From: an uncultured Methanosarcinaceae archaeon
GTDB lineage: Archaea; Halobacteriota; Methanosarcinia; Methanosarcinales; Methanosarcinaceae
DNA length: 64,000 bases
Direction of reading: 5' to 3'
NCBI GenBank assembly: GCA_963833425.1
Contig: CAWHXP010000008.1
Coordinates: 52,578 to 116,577, forward strand
A program made the position numbers and the translations under genes. The notes under the pieces were generated by a model. The model made no database searches. It saw only the letters and a list, made by a program, of their open reading frames with translations, and was not told the origin of the DNA. This document shows positions 11,637-22,829 of the stretch, piece by piece. Position 1 is the first letter of the stretch. Each line of letters begins with the position of its first letter.

Positions 11637-12270
11637 TTATAGAAAGGTATTCGAGACGTTGAACTCCAAAGAAAAGCTTGTAGAAAAGCTACTGTTATAA
11701 ACAGAGGAAAGTTCTAATTTCCAGACCTCTATTTTTTCTAGATTATGATTCCCATCTCTGAAGGCGTCGATAGCTTCCCTACAGCAACTGGAAACAGCTT
11801 CAAGATACTCTGGACTCTCAGCTTCCCTTCCATTCAAAGAGATTTATTCCGGCTTTAATAAGCTCTGGGATGTGCTCCATCATACAAAGGTCTTTAGTAT
11901 TTTGTACTGTGAAGAGATTTTCCCATAATCTCTGCAGCAAACCAGTTTTTCCCATGAAGCTTCCGTTCTCATCGCATAGCTGGATACGCTTCTCCGCGTT
12001 TCCAGATTTCTCAATGGCTAAGCTGAAAAATGGCATCTACTTCAAAACGCCATGTGCATGCACCATGGACAAAAGTTTTGATCTCTACTCAGTTTGCTGA
12101 ATTATTTTCGTTATCTCTATAATAAAAAGTTCTCTCGAAAGTGTGACAATTCTTACCCCCAGAGTCCTATTAGATTTTGCTGTTTTGTGGTTAGTGATAT
12201 TCACTTGGGTGGAGACAAAAATTGAAGCTAGCTTTTTCGCGCTTTCAAGATCACAACAAGTTCCTAGGTG
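11637..12270 (-). pseudogene. Peptidase U32 family (TrhP/RlhA-like) remnant
   Basis: Fragments NTKDLCMMEHIPELIKAGI, GREAESPEYLEAVSSCCREAID and, upstream, IFVSTQVNITN..TAK...GVRIVTLSREL. Multiple frameshifts. Confidence 0.75.
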
Positions 12271-12439
12271 ATAATAGCTAAATTCTCAAATTATATTTCT
12301 GATTATTTATATTTAATTTATTAATTTTATTGAGATAAATTAAGGAGGAAAAATGCTTAATCATATTTCCATAATTCCTATATGGCAAGAAGCTATTTCA
12401 TGGCGTAGATTCAGAGTAAAACATAGATTACTACATTTT

Positions 12440-12830
12440 GTTGGCAATAATAATCAATGTGCAGAGCTGTGCAGCCAAGTCCCAGGCTCTAGGTTCAAGA
12501 GCCTATATTGTAGAAATTTTTGCCTTAGAAACGCATCTATCGAGCCAAATTTTTAAATGCTTATTTTTTTCAGCTCAATTCTGCCTTTTTAAATCTCTTT
12601 TGAGATGCTAAAGTTCCAGATTGTATGATAAAAGGGATATATTGAGGTGTTTTTCACCACATATTGGGTATTTAGACATCTTTAAAGGTAAAGTAAAAAT
12701 TAGTGAACTACCGAATACAGTCTTCCAGATCCCAAATTTGGCTATCCGTAATTTGTGGGTTAAATTAATTATCCAGTTGAAAAGTGACTATCTCAAAAGA
12801 AATATCGATTCTGAATGTGATTTTCATAAA
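12440..12830 (-). pseudogene. Possible ISNCY-type transposase remnant
   Basis: The minus strand reads MKITFRIDISFEIVTFQLD...SQIWDLEDCIR*FTNFYFTFK, resembling the N-terminus of a Methanosarcina transposase family as I recall it. Heavily degraded. Confidence 0.35.
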
Positions 12831-13079
12831 TAATGTTTTCAATATTATTATATCGCTCCATATTTAGAAATTGATGACGAATCATTTTCTTAAAATAGTG
12901 AAGAAAGTAACGATTTGAGAAAGGATGCTCTGAAGGCAACAAGGAATTTCTGGTTACACCTCGTTGTATAAACCAAAGATATGAGTAAATTATATTATAA
13001 AAAATCAGTATTTTTCTAGAACTATCAAATATATTTTTATAATTTTGAGCGGACTAAATTTCTGTAAAGGTGTGATCTC

Positions 13080-13925
13080 ATGGTAACAGTAGAGAATTCC
13101 ATTAAAATGGCTGCAAAAAAAGAATTGGTCCTCCTTCTCCCTAAAATATCTAGTACCTTTGCGCTAGAACCTGCAGTGCTCCGAACTGATGCTGAGCCAA
13201 TAATGCTTGTTGGAGATATTCACGGAGACCTGCCAGCTCTCAATTTCATAATAGCACTGAGAGAAGAAATAGATTGCAAAAATATTCTCTTTCTCGGTGA
13301 CTATGTTGATAGAGGATTGCAGAGTACTGAGGTACTTTTAAAACTTTTCCAGTTGAAAATTGATGATCCTGAGCATGTTTTCCTCCTTAGAGGCAATCAC
13401 GAAAGTGCAGAAATGAACTTTTACGATGGTTTTTATAAGGAAATGGGTTACGATAAAGAGTTACTCTTAAGGATCGGCCAAACATACGATAAGATGCCGG
13501 TAGCTGCTGTACTTTCAGGACACACTTTCTGCGTACATGGAGGTATTAACGGAACTGGAAGTATTGATATTATTAACAAGGAAGGATGTTTCCCCTATCT
13601 TTGGAATGACCCAACGGAAAGCTTAGGCCTTACTCCTTCAAATAGAGGTTCCATGGCAAAGAAATTTGGGCCTGACATTGTATACGGTTTTTTAATGACA
13701 AATAATCTGAAAAGAATCGTGAGAGGGCACGAATTCTTTAAAGAAGGGTACAAGTGGTGGTTCGATGGGAAATTACTCTCTATCTTTTCTTGCCCTAGGT
13801 ACTTGGGTCAAAAAAATGATGGCGCTTTTGTCTTGCTTGATAATGAACAGCTAAAACTGTTCGTTTTCGGGATCAAAAAGAGTAAAGAAAAAATAGTTAT
13901 CAAGACTCGTTACAAAATAACTTAG
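13080..13925 (+). CDS. PPP-family serine/threonine protein phosphatase (metallophosphoesterase)
   Basis: Motifs GDIHG, GDYVDRG, LRGNHE, HGGI, LWNDP, RGHE, SIFS.P.Y. Confidence 0.93.
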   Translation: MVTVENSIKMAAKKELVLLLPKISSTFALEPAVLRTDAEPIMLVGDIHGDLPALNFIIALREEIDCKNILFLGDYVDRGLQSTEVLLKLFQLKIDDPEHVFLLRGNHESAEMNFYDGFYKEMGYDKELLLRIGQTYDKMPVAAVLSGHTFCVHGGINGTGSIDIINKEGCFPYLWNDPTESLGLTPSNRGSMAKKFGPDIVYGFLMTNNLKRIVRGHEFFKEGYKWWFDGKLLSIFSCPRYLGQKNDGAFVLLDNEQLKLFVFGIKKSKEKIVIKTRYKIT

Positions 13926-14238
13926 GTAACATATGACTATGTCGAAGTTTAATAGAGTATTCTGCTTGTGAAAATGGTGATGTATGCATAAAAATATGTC
14001 TGAATTGTTTAGTAGGGTTCTTATTAGTGATGCATATTAATTCTTCCTAGATCTAAATTCAAACATTAGGTTTGTGGCACACTTTTGAACCGAGTCTCTA
14101 GCGTCACAACTTAACGTGATTTTTGAAGAATAGTTTAGTCTATCTTTATAATTTATGGTATTTCCGATTTTTGATAAATAAAATATCTAAAAAGGAGATA
14201 CACTGTTAAAGCCACTTTAAAATAGGAATCGATCCGTG

Positions 14239-14380
14239 CGGAATTGCAATTATCCAGATGCAACAAGTGTATATATGACAAATGCTGGCAATAACACTGT
14301 TTCTGTAATTAATACAACAACTAACAATGCTATAGTCACGGTAAATGTAGGATGGAGTTCGGATGGGCTGCAGTCATTCT
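14239..14380 (+). pseudogene. Single YVTN beta-propeller repeat remnant
   Basis: Reads PDATSVYMTNAGNNTVSVINTTTNNAIVTVNVG, the same repeat type as at 38-40 kb and 44 kb. Confidence 0.7.
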
Positions 14381-15451
14381 TTGATGACTCCTATTCTGAT
14401 CAGAAATTATAGAAAAATGTTAGAGACAAAACCACTGGGAAGGCTGGAGTGGCATCCACATAATTTTTCATTCTATTTATTAACTATTTCATACTTATAT
14501 ACACATTGGTTTTTTGAATTATGAACAACTTGAGCACTATATATACGAGTATACATTCGAAGTTACTGTATCAGGGGGACTGTAGAGCCAGTCTTCTATC
14601 TTTCACTCGATATTTTTTAATGTGCTTTATTTGGTTGCGTGCCTAACTTTATGTGAAATCTGTTGCTTACCCTTTAATCTTCTGTTTTGATTACCATGCT
14701 GTTACTAACTTGTTAACTATGATCCGTGATGCACCCTAATTTAATATGAAGTAGCGTATTAGTTTTTCATTATTTAATAATCTAAGTCAAACATATGTAT
14801 TTATCCACAATTCAGGTAAAAATACCCTTTTATTTTTACCATATATTACATTTAATTTTTTTTCCAACAAAGAATCATTGACTTGCTTTGTAAACAATAT
14901 CTATAACTGTGTCCATACTAACTTTTCCGATAGTATCACGTCGCTTTAGATAGTAACTACAATAGTAGATTTATTTCTTTTTGGGAAATATACATCCAGA
15001 GAGCCATAGAAACTGCTTTTCCTTTATTTTTATTTTGATAACAAGCCCAAGGATTTACTCAGAATCAACTAGCATATTCTAAAAGGGAGTACAACTTATT
15101 GCTGGTGGATTCTGATTTTCTCTATAGGGGTGTTTTCTATGAAAGAGATTGCTTCCCTGAGTTAATCATCTGCCTTGTTAGTTAATCTAATTTGCATAAA
15201 TTGTAGGCAGTGCGTGGCCTTCCAGATGATTTCGTGGCTCAGTCTCAAACCTAGGATGTTCTCGCTGTTGAAATTTGAAATTTCTATTTCGACTTTTTCT
15301 TAGCTTCAGTATTTTCGGCTTATGAGCTTCCTCACAGGTCAGCTTTAGGTAAGGGCTGATGTAGCTTTCAACGGTTAAGATCGCGATATTGGACTTTTTG
15401 TTTTCTATCTTGCAGTCACATTTTACTCCAGTAAATGTGTCTAAATAGCTT

Positions 15452-16315
15452 TCATTGAGCCGTCTTTTTTCTTTCTTTGTTCAGGTGTGATAATGCGCTT
15501 GCAAGCATTATAGCTTTAGTAAAATGTCCGCCTGCCCTTGAAGTATCCACAAAAACGTAATCATCCATTAAAACAGGAGCCCCAAGCCCGTCGCCTCCGC
15601 CCAGGAAAGCAACCGTCCGAAAAATAAGGTTTCCTGAGATTCCATCTGGGGCAACGATAAAATTAGATTCTATTATAGCATCTTCGATAAGAATGGTGTA
15701 ATGCTTCGCATTGATCCCGAGTTTCGCAGCTCTATTCGCAACTAATTCACCGTCTGCTAGGGTTCTATCCACAAGTGGGTTCCTCCCAATATCTTCGATC
15801 CTACCTCCTGAAAGGACACCTATTACAGGCTTGATTCCTAATCTACTGATGTATTCGGCACCCAGAGTAATAATGTGAAGCTTATCTTTGATGGTACTAC
15901 CCTCATCGATTCCTACAGGGGCAAGAAAAAAAGGCTTCCCGTCCGCTGTCAGAAGTAGGGCAAGTCTGCAGACGCTTTTTTTTCCAAGTGCTTCTTTGAG
16001 GTGTACAAGGGTTCCAGATGATTCTGCAGTTCCCCTTATTGCTGCATCGATTTTTCTTGATATCATGAGTTCCACAAGAACCTGTTCTGGTTCTTCGGTA
16101 TCCACTACCTCAAGCTCAGTTCCAATTTTATTTATTTCCTTTTTGCTCCCTACCAGGATAACCTGAGCATATCCTTTTTCCTGGGCTTTCCACGCACTTT
16201 CAAGAACCTTGGAATTTGGATCCCTTATTCCCATAGCAACCCTTGCTCTATTCGTCAGTGCTCGTATTTCGATAGCCTCAAGGAGAACGTCCATAACGTT
16301 CTTCTCCATGTTCAT
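15452..16315 (-). CDS. mtxX: Methanogenesis marker protein Mmp4/MtxX (phosphotransacetylase-like fold)
   Basis: IDAAIRG, FFLAPVGIDEG, LSGGRIEDIGR, APDGISGNLIFR, FVDTSR. AGGAGG RBS. Confidence 0.88.
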   Translation of the reverse strand: MNMEKNVMDVLLEAIEIRALTNRARVAMGIRDPNSKVLESAWKAQEKGYAQVILVGSKKEINKIGTELEVVDTEEPEQVLVELMISRKIDAAIRGTAESSGTLVHLKEALGKKSVCRLALLLTADGKPFFLAPVGIDEGSTIKDKLHIITLGAEYISRLGIKPVIGVLSGGRIEDIGRNPLVDRTLADGELVANRAAKLGINAKHYTILIEDAIIESNFIVAPDGISGNLIFRTVAFLGGGDGLGAPVLMDDYVFVDTSRAGGHFTKAIMLASALSHLNKERKKTAQ

Positions 16316-16831
16316 TCGACCTCCTTAGCAAGATTCAAATTAGTTTAGCTAAGTACAAGCACGATCATTAATCAATTTTATCCTTGCAGAGTTGCTATTG
16401 GTAATCTTTATAGAATACTCAATAAGTTAATTAAGTACTTTGAATTTAGTCAATTTTACAATATCATTTCATGAGTTTTCATTATGGAGCTTACCCTAAA
16501 AGCGGATTGAGGGAGACCATAGATTTTTATTTGCCTATAGATAGAGAAATGTTGCTAGATTCCGGCATAAAAGCTGAAGATGTTCCTTAATACCATATCA
16601 GTGGCATGTTTAAGAGGCTTGTTTAACTGCGATATAAAATGTTGCTGAGTAGCCGATAAAATTAGAATGATCCTCAAGATAAACTAACTGACATTCAGTA
16701 AATGTACAAAAATGTAAAATTTGTTTGTCAACTTACTCAATATTAATTCATTGATTCATTGAAAGTTAGTTTAATTTACTGTCCTATTGAGAAGATGAAT
16801 GGCATTTTTGTATGCATCTGAAGAAGTGGGA

Positions 16832-17727
16832 TTGTAGAAATAGAGGCTATAATTCTGCAAAAAACTGTTGCAGCTCTTGTACTTATTAAGATTTCTTATA
16901 TTTTATGCTATAATTTCATCATTATGATATCCTTTTTTGTTTGATTATTTTCAAACTGAACTCTCATATCTATAAGAAAACTCACGATCTTTTTTTATAC
17001 TACATTTAAACCTATCAAGTAGATTTCTTGTCTTTCTTTTTTGATTTGCATCAAATTTTCCTTTTTTTGGGGGTGGTTTAGAGAATGCGAATTTTCTTTA
17101 ATACTTTTCATGACTAAGGAATCAAACCTATTTTCAAAAGCTTTAATTGCTCAAAAGTGCACTTTTTCGTCTTCTGTTAAAGACTCATTTATCTCTTTAT
17201 CTTTCTTTATCTTATTACTTTTATAATTCTCTTAAATCCCATCAGGTTCTCTTTGTATGAGCACTGTAAAGAGCTTGAGCACATTTATAATTGCTCTAAA
17301 ATTTTCAATCCATTATGAACCGCTATCCTGTTAAATTTTAGAAAAATTCCCATAGTTTCCATTACTTTAAAATTCTCTTCTTTTACTGAATAAACAACAT
17401 ATGTATTCGTAATTGTGAGCTACATGAATCCGGATTCTCCTATTTATTGCTATCCTTTTTACAGCGATTCTAGGGATTGGAGCTCTCTTCTACAAATAAA
17501 CTGGTAGAAAGAGGATTGATACTGTTAGAATCATTTTGGTTCAAGCTAGTTCAAATAAGGTAATCTTTTAGTGAATTCTTCAATTTGAGATTCAAAACTC
17601 TCAATATAAGTAATAAATTCAAGGTTTAAAGCAAAGAGAGCAATAATCTCGTCATGTTTTACCAAAGATAAAAATCATTTTACATTCAACTTTTTCTCAT
17701 TTCTAAGAAAAATTATGTAGTTACCCG
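16832..17727 (-). mobile_element. IS66-family transposase remnant with internal deletion
   Basis: Minus-strand fragments: HDEIIALFALN..YIESFESQIEE, LNQNDSNS..PLST, METMGIFLKF..IAVHNG, KTRNLLDRF, SFLIDMRVQFENNQTKKDIIMMKL*HKI, FCRIIASISTI. A GGTAAC... end lies at ~17727. Confidence 0.8.
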
Positions 17728-18103
17728 CAAGGTTTCATGAATAGTTACAATAAATTGTGAATGGATAAGAATAACCATTCGGAACTACAGCAAAGAGAAC
17801 AATTTAATGAGCAAATATGCTTGAATACTCCAAAGCCCGATACTTCTCGAAATTGTATAGTGCTAAATATTGGATTCCTAAAATAAAAGTATTTTCAGAA
17901 TTTGGATTCTCAGTGTAATCTATAAATGCCAAAATAAATTTTCTTAAGAAACAAGCGCAAAACTTATTTAAAATTATTATCTTTTTTACCGGATAAAGAA
18001 TTAAATACAATTCGAACATGTAATGGTTAAGCTGAGTTAAATGTTAAGCTTCAAATAACAAAATATATGTATAATGATAGAGCAGAAATGAAAGGGTGAA
18101 ATT

Positions 18104-19390
18104 ATGTCGTATATCGGTCTACAGCAGGAATCTGGAGAATATAAAATCCAAAAGATACATGCTCGGGAGATCCTGGATTCAAGGGGAAATCCCACTATTG
18201 AAGTTGATTTATTCACACAAAAGGGATTTGGCAGAGCTAGTGTTCCTTCAGGAGCTTCCACTGGTACCAATGAAGCCCTTGAACTGCGGGATGCAGACCC
18301 TAATAGGTACGAAGGAAAAGGAGTTCTAACTGCAGTCAAAAATGTAAACACTATTATCCAGAAAGAATTGCTTGGGCTCGATGTGCGAAATCAGCGAGAA
18401 ATCGATGAGTTGATGATCGAACTAGATGAAACCGATAACAAATCAAGCATGGGAGCAAATTCGATTCTTGGTGTATCTATGGCTGTTGCAAAAGCAGCTG
18501 CAGATTCCCTTAATATTCCTCTTTACCGTTATTTAGGGGGTGCGAATGCTTTCACTCTGCCAATACCCATAATGAACGTCCTCAACGGAGGCAAACACGC
18601 GGGTAACGAGCTTGCAATCCAAGAATTTATGATCCAACCTAAAGGTGCAGAAACCTTCTACGAAGCCCTTCAGATAGGGGTAGAGATTTATCATGTTCTT
18701 GGAAAGTCATTAGGCAAAAAATACGGCAGATCTTCTATTAACGTAGGTTATGAGGGGGGGTATGCTCCTAAAATGAGTGAATCTACGGAAGCCCTAGATT
18801 CTCTTGTGCAGGCTATTGAAGAATCAGGCTATACAGAATCCGAAGTCACAATAGGGATTGATGCAGCAGCTTCTGAGTTCTATGAAGGTGGATTTTATAC
18901 AATCGACGGAAAGAAACTTACTGCTCAAGAATTGCTGGATTATTATGTTGAACTTGTTAACTCTTACCCAATCCTTTCTATCGAAGATCCTTTTTTTGAG
19001 GAATCCTTCGAAGACTTTGCAGCTTTGACCAATGAACTGTGGGACACGATCATTGTTGGTGACGATATCTTTGTTACGAACATCGAGAGACTCTCTAAAG
19101 GTGTGGACATGGGAGCAGCAAATGCACTTCTTTTGAAAATTAACCAGATCGGAACACTTTCGGAGTCTTTTGATGCTGCAAGCATGGCCTCCAGAAACGG
19201 CTATACAGTAGTCGTAAGCCATCGTTCCGCTGAAACTGAAGACACAACCATTTCGGATATTGCAGTTGCCATTGGGGCAGAAATGATAAAAACCGGGGCT
19301 CCTGCTCGTGGTGAAAGAACTGCAAAATATAATCAGCTCCTTAGAATAGAGGAAGACTTGGGTGAGGTTGCACATTATGTGCAGCTCTAA
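18104..19390 (+). CDS. eno: Enolase (phosphopyruvate hydratase)
   Basis: REILDSRGNPTIEV, VPSGASTG, NGGKHAG, QEFMI, IEDPF, GDDIFVTN, LLKINQIGT, SHRS.ETED, ERTAKYNQLLRIEE. Confidence 0.99.
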   Translation: MSYIGLQQESGEYKIQKIHAREILDSRGNPTIEVDLFTQKGFGRASVPSGASTGTNEALELRDADPNRYEGKGVLTAVKNVNTIIQKELLGLDVRNQREIDELMIELDETDNKSSMGANSILGVSMAVAKAAADSLNIPLYRYLGGANAFTLPIPIMNVLNGGKHAGNELAIQEFMIQPKGAETFYEALQIGVEIYHVLGKSLGKKYGRSSINVGYEGGYAPKMSESTEALDSLVQAIEESGYTESEVTIGIDAAASEFYEGGFYTIDGKKLTAQELLDYYVELVNSYPILSIEDPFFEESFEDFAALTNELWDTIIVGDDIFVTNIERLSKGVDMGAANALLLKINQIGTLSESFDAASMASRNGYTVVVSHRSAETEDTTISDIAVAIGAEMIKTGAPARGERTAKYNQLLRIEEDLGEVAHYVQL

Positions 19391-20251
19391 TATTTTTTAT
19401 TTCATTCCTTTTCCTTTGTAGATCTTCCGTCATTCAGCGGATGATGTTTTTCATAATTAAGTTTCCAATTTAATGAAAAGTTGTATTTTCATATGCTGAA
19501 GCATATCTGTTCAGTTAAAATCACTAAGGTTTGTGACATAAAAGTCTGGAAAATGATATTAACCGTGTTAAGAAATAATATCAACCAAATGCAGTATTTA
19601 CCAACTGACTCAGATACCAATTAAAGTTTCACTCAATTTTCATGAGTTTTACAGAAGAATAGGGTTGAATACTGGTTTTTTATTTCAAAGTATTTGTCTT
19701 AAGTTCGAGATGATAGAGGAATAAAAACTCTAGGTGAAATACCCTGAAACACATCGAGTTATCTTTTTTTTATGCAAGATGAGAAAAATCGATATGCTGC
19801 ACCATATATTTCGAATTGTATCAAAATAGGAAAGAATATAAAGGAAAGTACAGAACATCAGAATATAAAAAATTTAAAACAAATGAACCGATTTAGTGAA
19901 GAGCTGAAAAGACATACTATAAAAAAACCTCTATTAAATATGATCAAACATTTCTATTAAATATGGTAAGGGAATCAGGCGATCAAAAGTAATCTTATAC
20001 ATTTTAGTGGTATTTTCACGGAGAACCTTTCCATTTTACTATAGAAAAGGCATGAAATTTACTATTTATACTCGGGTGACTCAGAAAGAAGAAGGAAGTA
20101 TCCCAAAGTTTTCTGATTCCTTCAAAGTAACAAATGGAAATAGTTTTATGCTTGGATTAATTAAACAAGAAAGTCACTTTAAACATCAACCCACAAAGGA
20201 AAGCAATCCGAGAAATCCTTAGGTTTTATGCTTTCCCAATGGAGGGAAGCC

Positions 20252-20893
20252 ATGAATATGTTAAAACGATTTAAGGCAAGCTTTTCAAAAATGTTCAATA
20301 AATTGTTCAAGAGAAAAGGAGCATGTATAGGAATTTACGGTCCCCCTAATGCCGGTAAGACAACTCTTAGCAATCGGATCCTTAAGGACTGGGTCGGGAC
20401 AGAAGAAACTATGGGCTCTGTTTCTCATATCGCCCATGAAACCAGGCATGCAAAGAGAAAGAATGGAATCACTATCGAAGCTAATGGGTATACTATCAGT
20501 CTTGATATAGTAGACACACCTGGGATTGCCACGAAAATAGATTTTCACGATTTCATGGAACAAGGAATGAGTGACTCTGAATCAAAGAAAAGATCTAAAG
20601 AAGCGACAGAAGGTGTAATTGAAGCTGTCAAATGGCTCGATGACCTAGACGGCGTCATACTGGTTATGGATTCCACTGCAAATCCCTATACACAGGTCAA
20701 CGTAACGGTAATAGGAAACATGGAAGCCAGGAACCTTCCACTTTTGATCGTAGCAAACAAAGTAGACCTTCCTGATGCTGACCCTGCAATCATTAAGGAA
20801 GCTTTCCCACAACATCCCATGGTACCAGTTTCAGCACTCGAAGGGGTCGGGATGGATTCGTTTTACGAAGCTCTGGCGAAGCAGTTCGGGTGA
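20252..20893 (+). CDS. oapA: Era-like small GTPase (OapA/ArvA type)
   Basis: G1 GPPNAGKTT, HETR, G3 DTPG, G4 NKVD, G5 SAL, and the family segments EATEGVIEAVKWL and PYTQVN. A GGAGGG RBS precedes ATG 20252; the ORF track starts at 20228. Confidence 0.85.
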   Translation: MNMLKRFKASFSKMFNKLFKRKGACIGIYGPPNAGKTTLSNRILKDWVGTEETMGSVSHIAHETRHAKRKNGITIEANGYTISLDIVDTPGIATKIDFHDFMEQGMSDSESKKRSKEATEGVIEAVKWLDDLDGVILVMDSTANPYTQVNVTVIGNMEARNLPLLIVANKVDLPDADPAIIKEAFPQHPMVPVSALEGVGMDSFYEALAKQFG

Positions 20894-21259
20894 TCAATAT
20901 GCAGGGAATTCAACTTGATCTTATATCTGAAGCCAGAATCTCTCAGATGGCTTCGATGGAGAAAGTCCGATACATAATTGATGAGGTGCGGAAAGGCAAA
21001 ATCCTGGTGCTTGAAAAAGGCCTGAACCCTATGGAGGAAGCAAAGCTAATAGAGATGACAATGTCAGCAATCCAGCCGGATGTGTTTTCAGGCATTGAAA
21101 TGCAAAGTTATCCCGCGAATTCAGACAATTCGCTGCTAGGAAAGTTTTTCAAAAAACAAAGCAGTCGGAGACTCACAGTAATAGGTCCTGCAAACCAGCT
21201 AAAAACTCTTCAAAAGGATCAGTAACCTGATCAGTGCACTTGTCTCTATAAGTAAGTGA
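20890..21259 (+). CDS. oapB: DUF2073 (OapB/ArvB) protein with an apparent 1-nt frameshift near the C-terminus
   Basis: MEKVRYIIDEVRKGKILVLEKGL.P.EE.KLIE.TM..I, RLTVIGPANQLKTL. In-frame stop at 21225; the +1 frame continues NLISALVSISK* to 21259. Confidence 0.8.
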
Positions 21260-21786
21260 ACGAAGTGGAAGCGATGCGTGCCCAAAAGACCCAAGACATG
21301 GAAGCAAAAATATCCTCTCCTCAGTCCCTAAGCTCCTTTGAAATGGGCAGGAATGACGTTAATATGGTGTGTACCTACGGGAAAATCGCTGTATGGTTTG
21401 GAAGAAAGGTTCCTGATTACATCATAGCGCAGGTACTCATTGGAATTTCGAAAATAGACCAATCTGCGGTTCATGAATTTGAGACAATCTGCAATTTTGA
21501 TGATATCACGGAATATGAAAGTAAGGGGTATATATTGGTGTCTTACGGAAAAACAGCCGGCGGTTATCGCGTTAACTATAGCATTCCTTTTTCCAATAAA
21601 AAAGCTCTCTTCCATATGTCTAAATTTATACTTGAAGAACTCAAAAAGGGAGACGTGCGTCAGGATTTTTACTGGAACGGTAGTGACTGTGATATTCAGA
21701 GGCTATACCAAGAATTAAAAAACAATATCGAGAACTGGGAAATGAAATGTATAAACTATAAAACCGAATCACAAACAAATAGATAA
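21256..21786 (+). CDS. Hypothetical protein (176 aa), third gene of the oapAB operon
   Basis: Long ORF with protein-like composition. Its GTG start overlaps the restored oapB stop (GTGA). Confidence 0.75.
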   Translation: MNEVEAMRAQKTQDMEAKISSPQSLSSFEMGRNDVNMVCTYGKIAVWFGRKVPDYIIAQVLIGISKIDQSAVHEFETICNFDDITEYESKGYILVSYGKTAGGYRVNYSIPFSNKKALFHMSKFILEELKKGDVRQDFYWNGSDCDIQRLYQELKNNIENWEMKCINYKTESQTNR

Positions 21787-22143
21787 AAAAGGTAACTTGC
21801 TGGCATGCCATTAAATGAAAAGAAAATCCAGGAATTTGCCTTGGAACAGAAATTCAGCGGATCTACGCAGATCTAGCATTTGTTTGCCTATTTGCCCATT
21901 ATTTTCATTAATAGTTAGATACTTTATAAGTTACTGTCAGATTGAAAAAAATAAATGGAATTCTTGTGTACAGCTTCTGAGAGTGAGCTGAAGTCCATAT
22001 TAATTTACATAAAAATGGCCAGGTTATGGAAAAAGAGTTTCAGGAGTGCTATACAATCATTGATGCAGACAGATAGATAAAGATCTAATCAAATATTCTT
22101 ATATGAATCAGGCTTTCAACCCAATGTTCTTTGGAGAACTCAT

Positions 22144-22758
22144 ATGAAAAAAATTAAGGTAAATGACTGCGAAGAAGTATTATCATCAATGAGACTGATC
22201 ATAGAAAATATAGAAGAAGTAATTGACAAATTAGATAAGGAAGCCATAAAGGCAATGCTCCAAAAAACAATTGATGGCAATCAAGTTTTTGTAATGGGAG
22301 CCGGAAGATCGGGACTTGTTGCCAAAGCATTTGCGATGCGGCTTATGCATCTTGGACTTAGAGTTTATGTAGTCGGTGAAACCACAACCCCTGCTGTTTT
22401 GCCGCAGGATGTCGTGATTGCTATTTCTGGGTCCGGGGAAACTCGTACTATAGCTGATCTTGGAAAATTAGCAAAAGATATTGGCTCAACCCTTATAACG
22501 ATTACATCTAAAAAAGATTCTACACTGAGTAAAATTTCAGATATTGCTGTGATAATTCCTAGCAAAACTAAAAATGACCCGGATGAAGCCGGCTACCTTG
22601 AAAGACACATGCGAGGTGACTACAAAAACATGCCTCCTTTGGGAACTTCTTTCGAAATTACTTCACTTGTCTTCTTGGACTCTGTAGTTGGCCAGCTGAT
22701 TATGTTAACAGGCGCTTCGGAAGCCGAACTTAAATCAAGGCACACGAACATCGAATAA
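22144..22758 (+). CDS. hxlB: 6-phospho-3-hexuloisomerase (SIS domain)
   Basis: GAGRSGLVAKAFAMRLMHLG, VVGETTTP, ISGSGET, PLGTSFE, C-terminal RHTNIE. Confidence 0.95.
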   Translation: MKKIKVNDCEEVLSSMRLIIENIEEVIDKLDKEAIKAMLQKTIDGNQVFVMGAGRSGLVAKAFAMRLMHLGLRVYVVGETTTPAVLPQDVVIAISGSGETRTIADLGKLAKDIGSTLITITSKKDSTLSKISDIAVIIPSKTKNDPDEAGYLERHMRGDYKNMPPLGTSFEITSLVFLDSVVGQLIMLTGASEAELKSRHTNIE

Positions 22759-22829
22759 AGTCTGAAGATGTGCAGAAAAATAGGGGATATTTCAGAAATA
22801 GTGAATTAGGGGATACAGGAGAGTTCAGT

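Noticed and set aside
18740..18765. Enolase GYEGG instead of the usual GDEGG
   Set aside because: The catalytic Glu is retained and the gene is otherwise intact. I treat this as a lineage variant, not evidence of a new function.
18824..19375. 183-aa antisense ORF in eno, and similar antisense/alternate-frame ORFs within other genes
   Set aside because: They lie wholly within well-supported genes and show no motifs or RBS.
19400..20250. Replication origin next to oapAB, as in haloarchaea
   Set aside because: No ORB repeats or cdc6/orc1 are visible. The only ORB-like string I noticed (TTCCCAGTGGAAGC, ~35691) is single and lies inside a gene.
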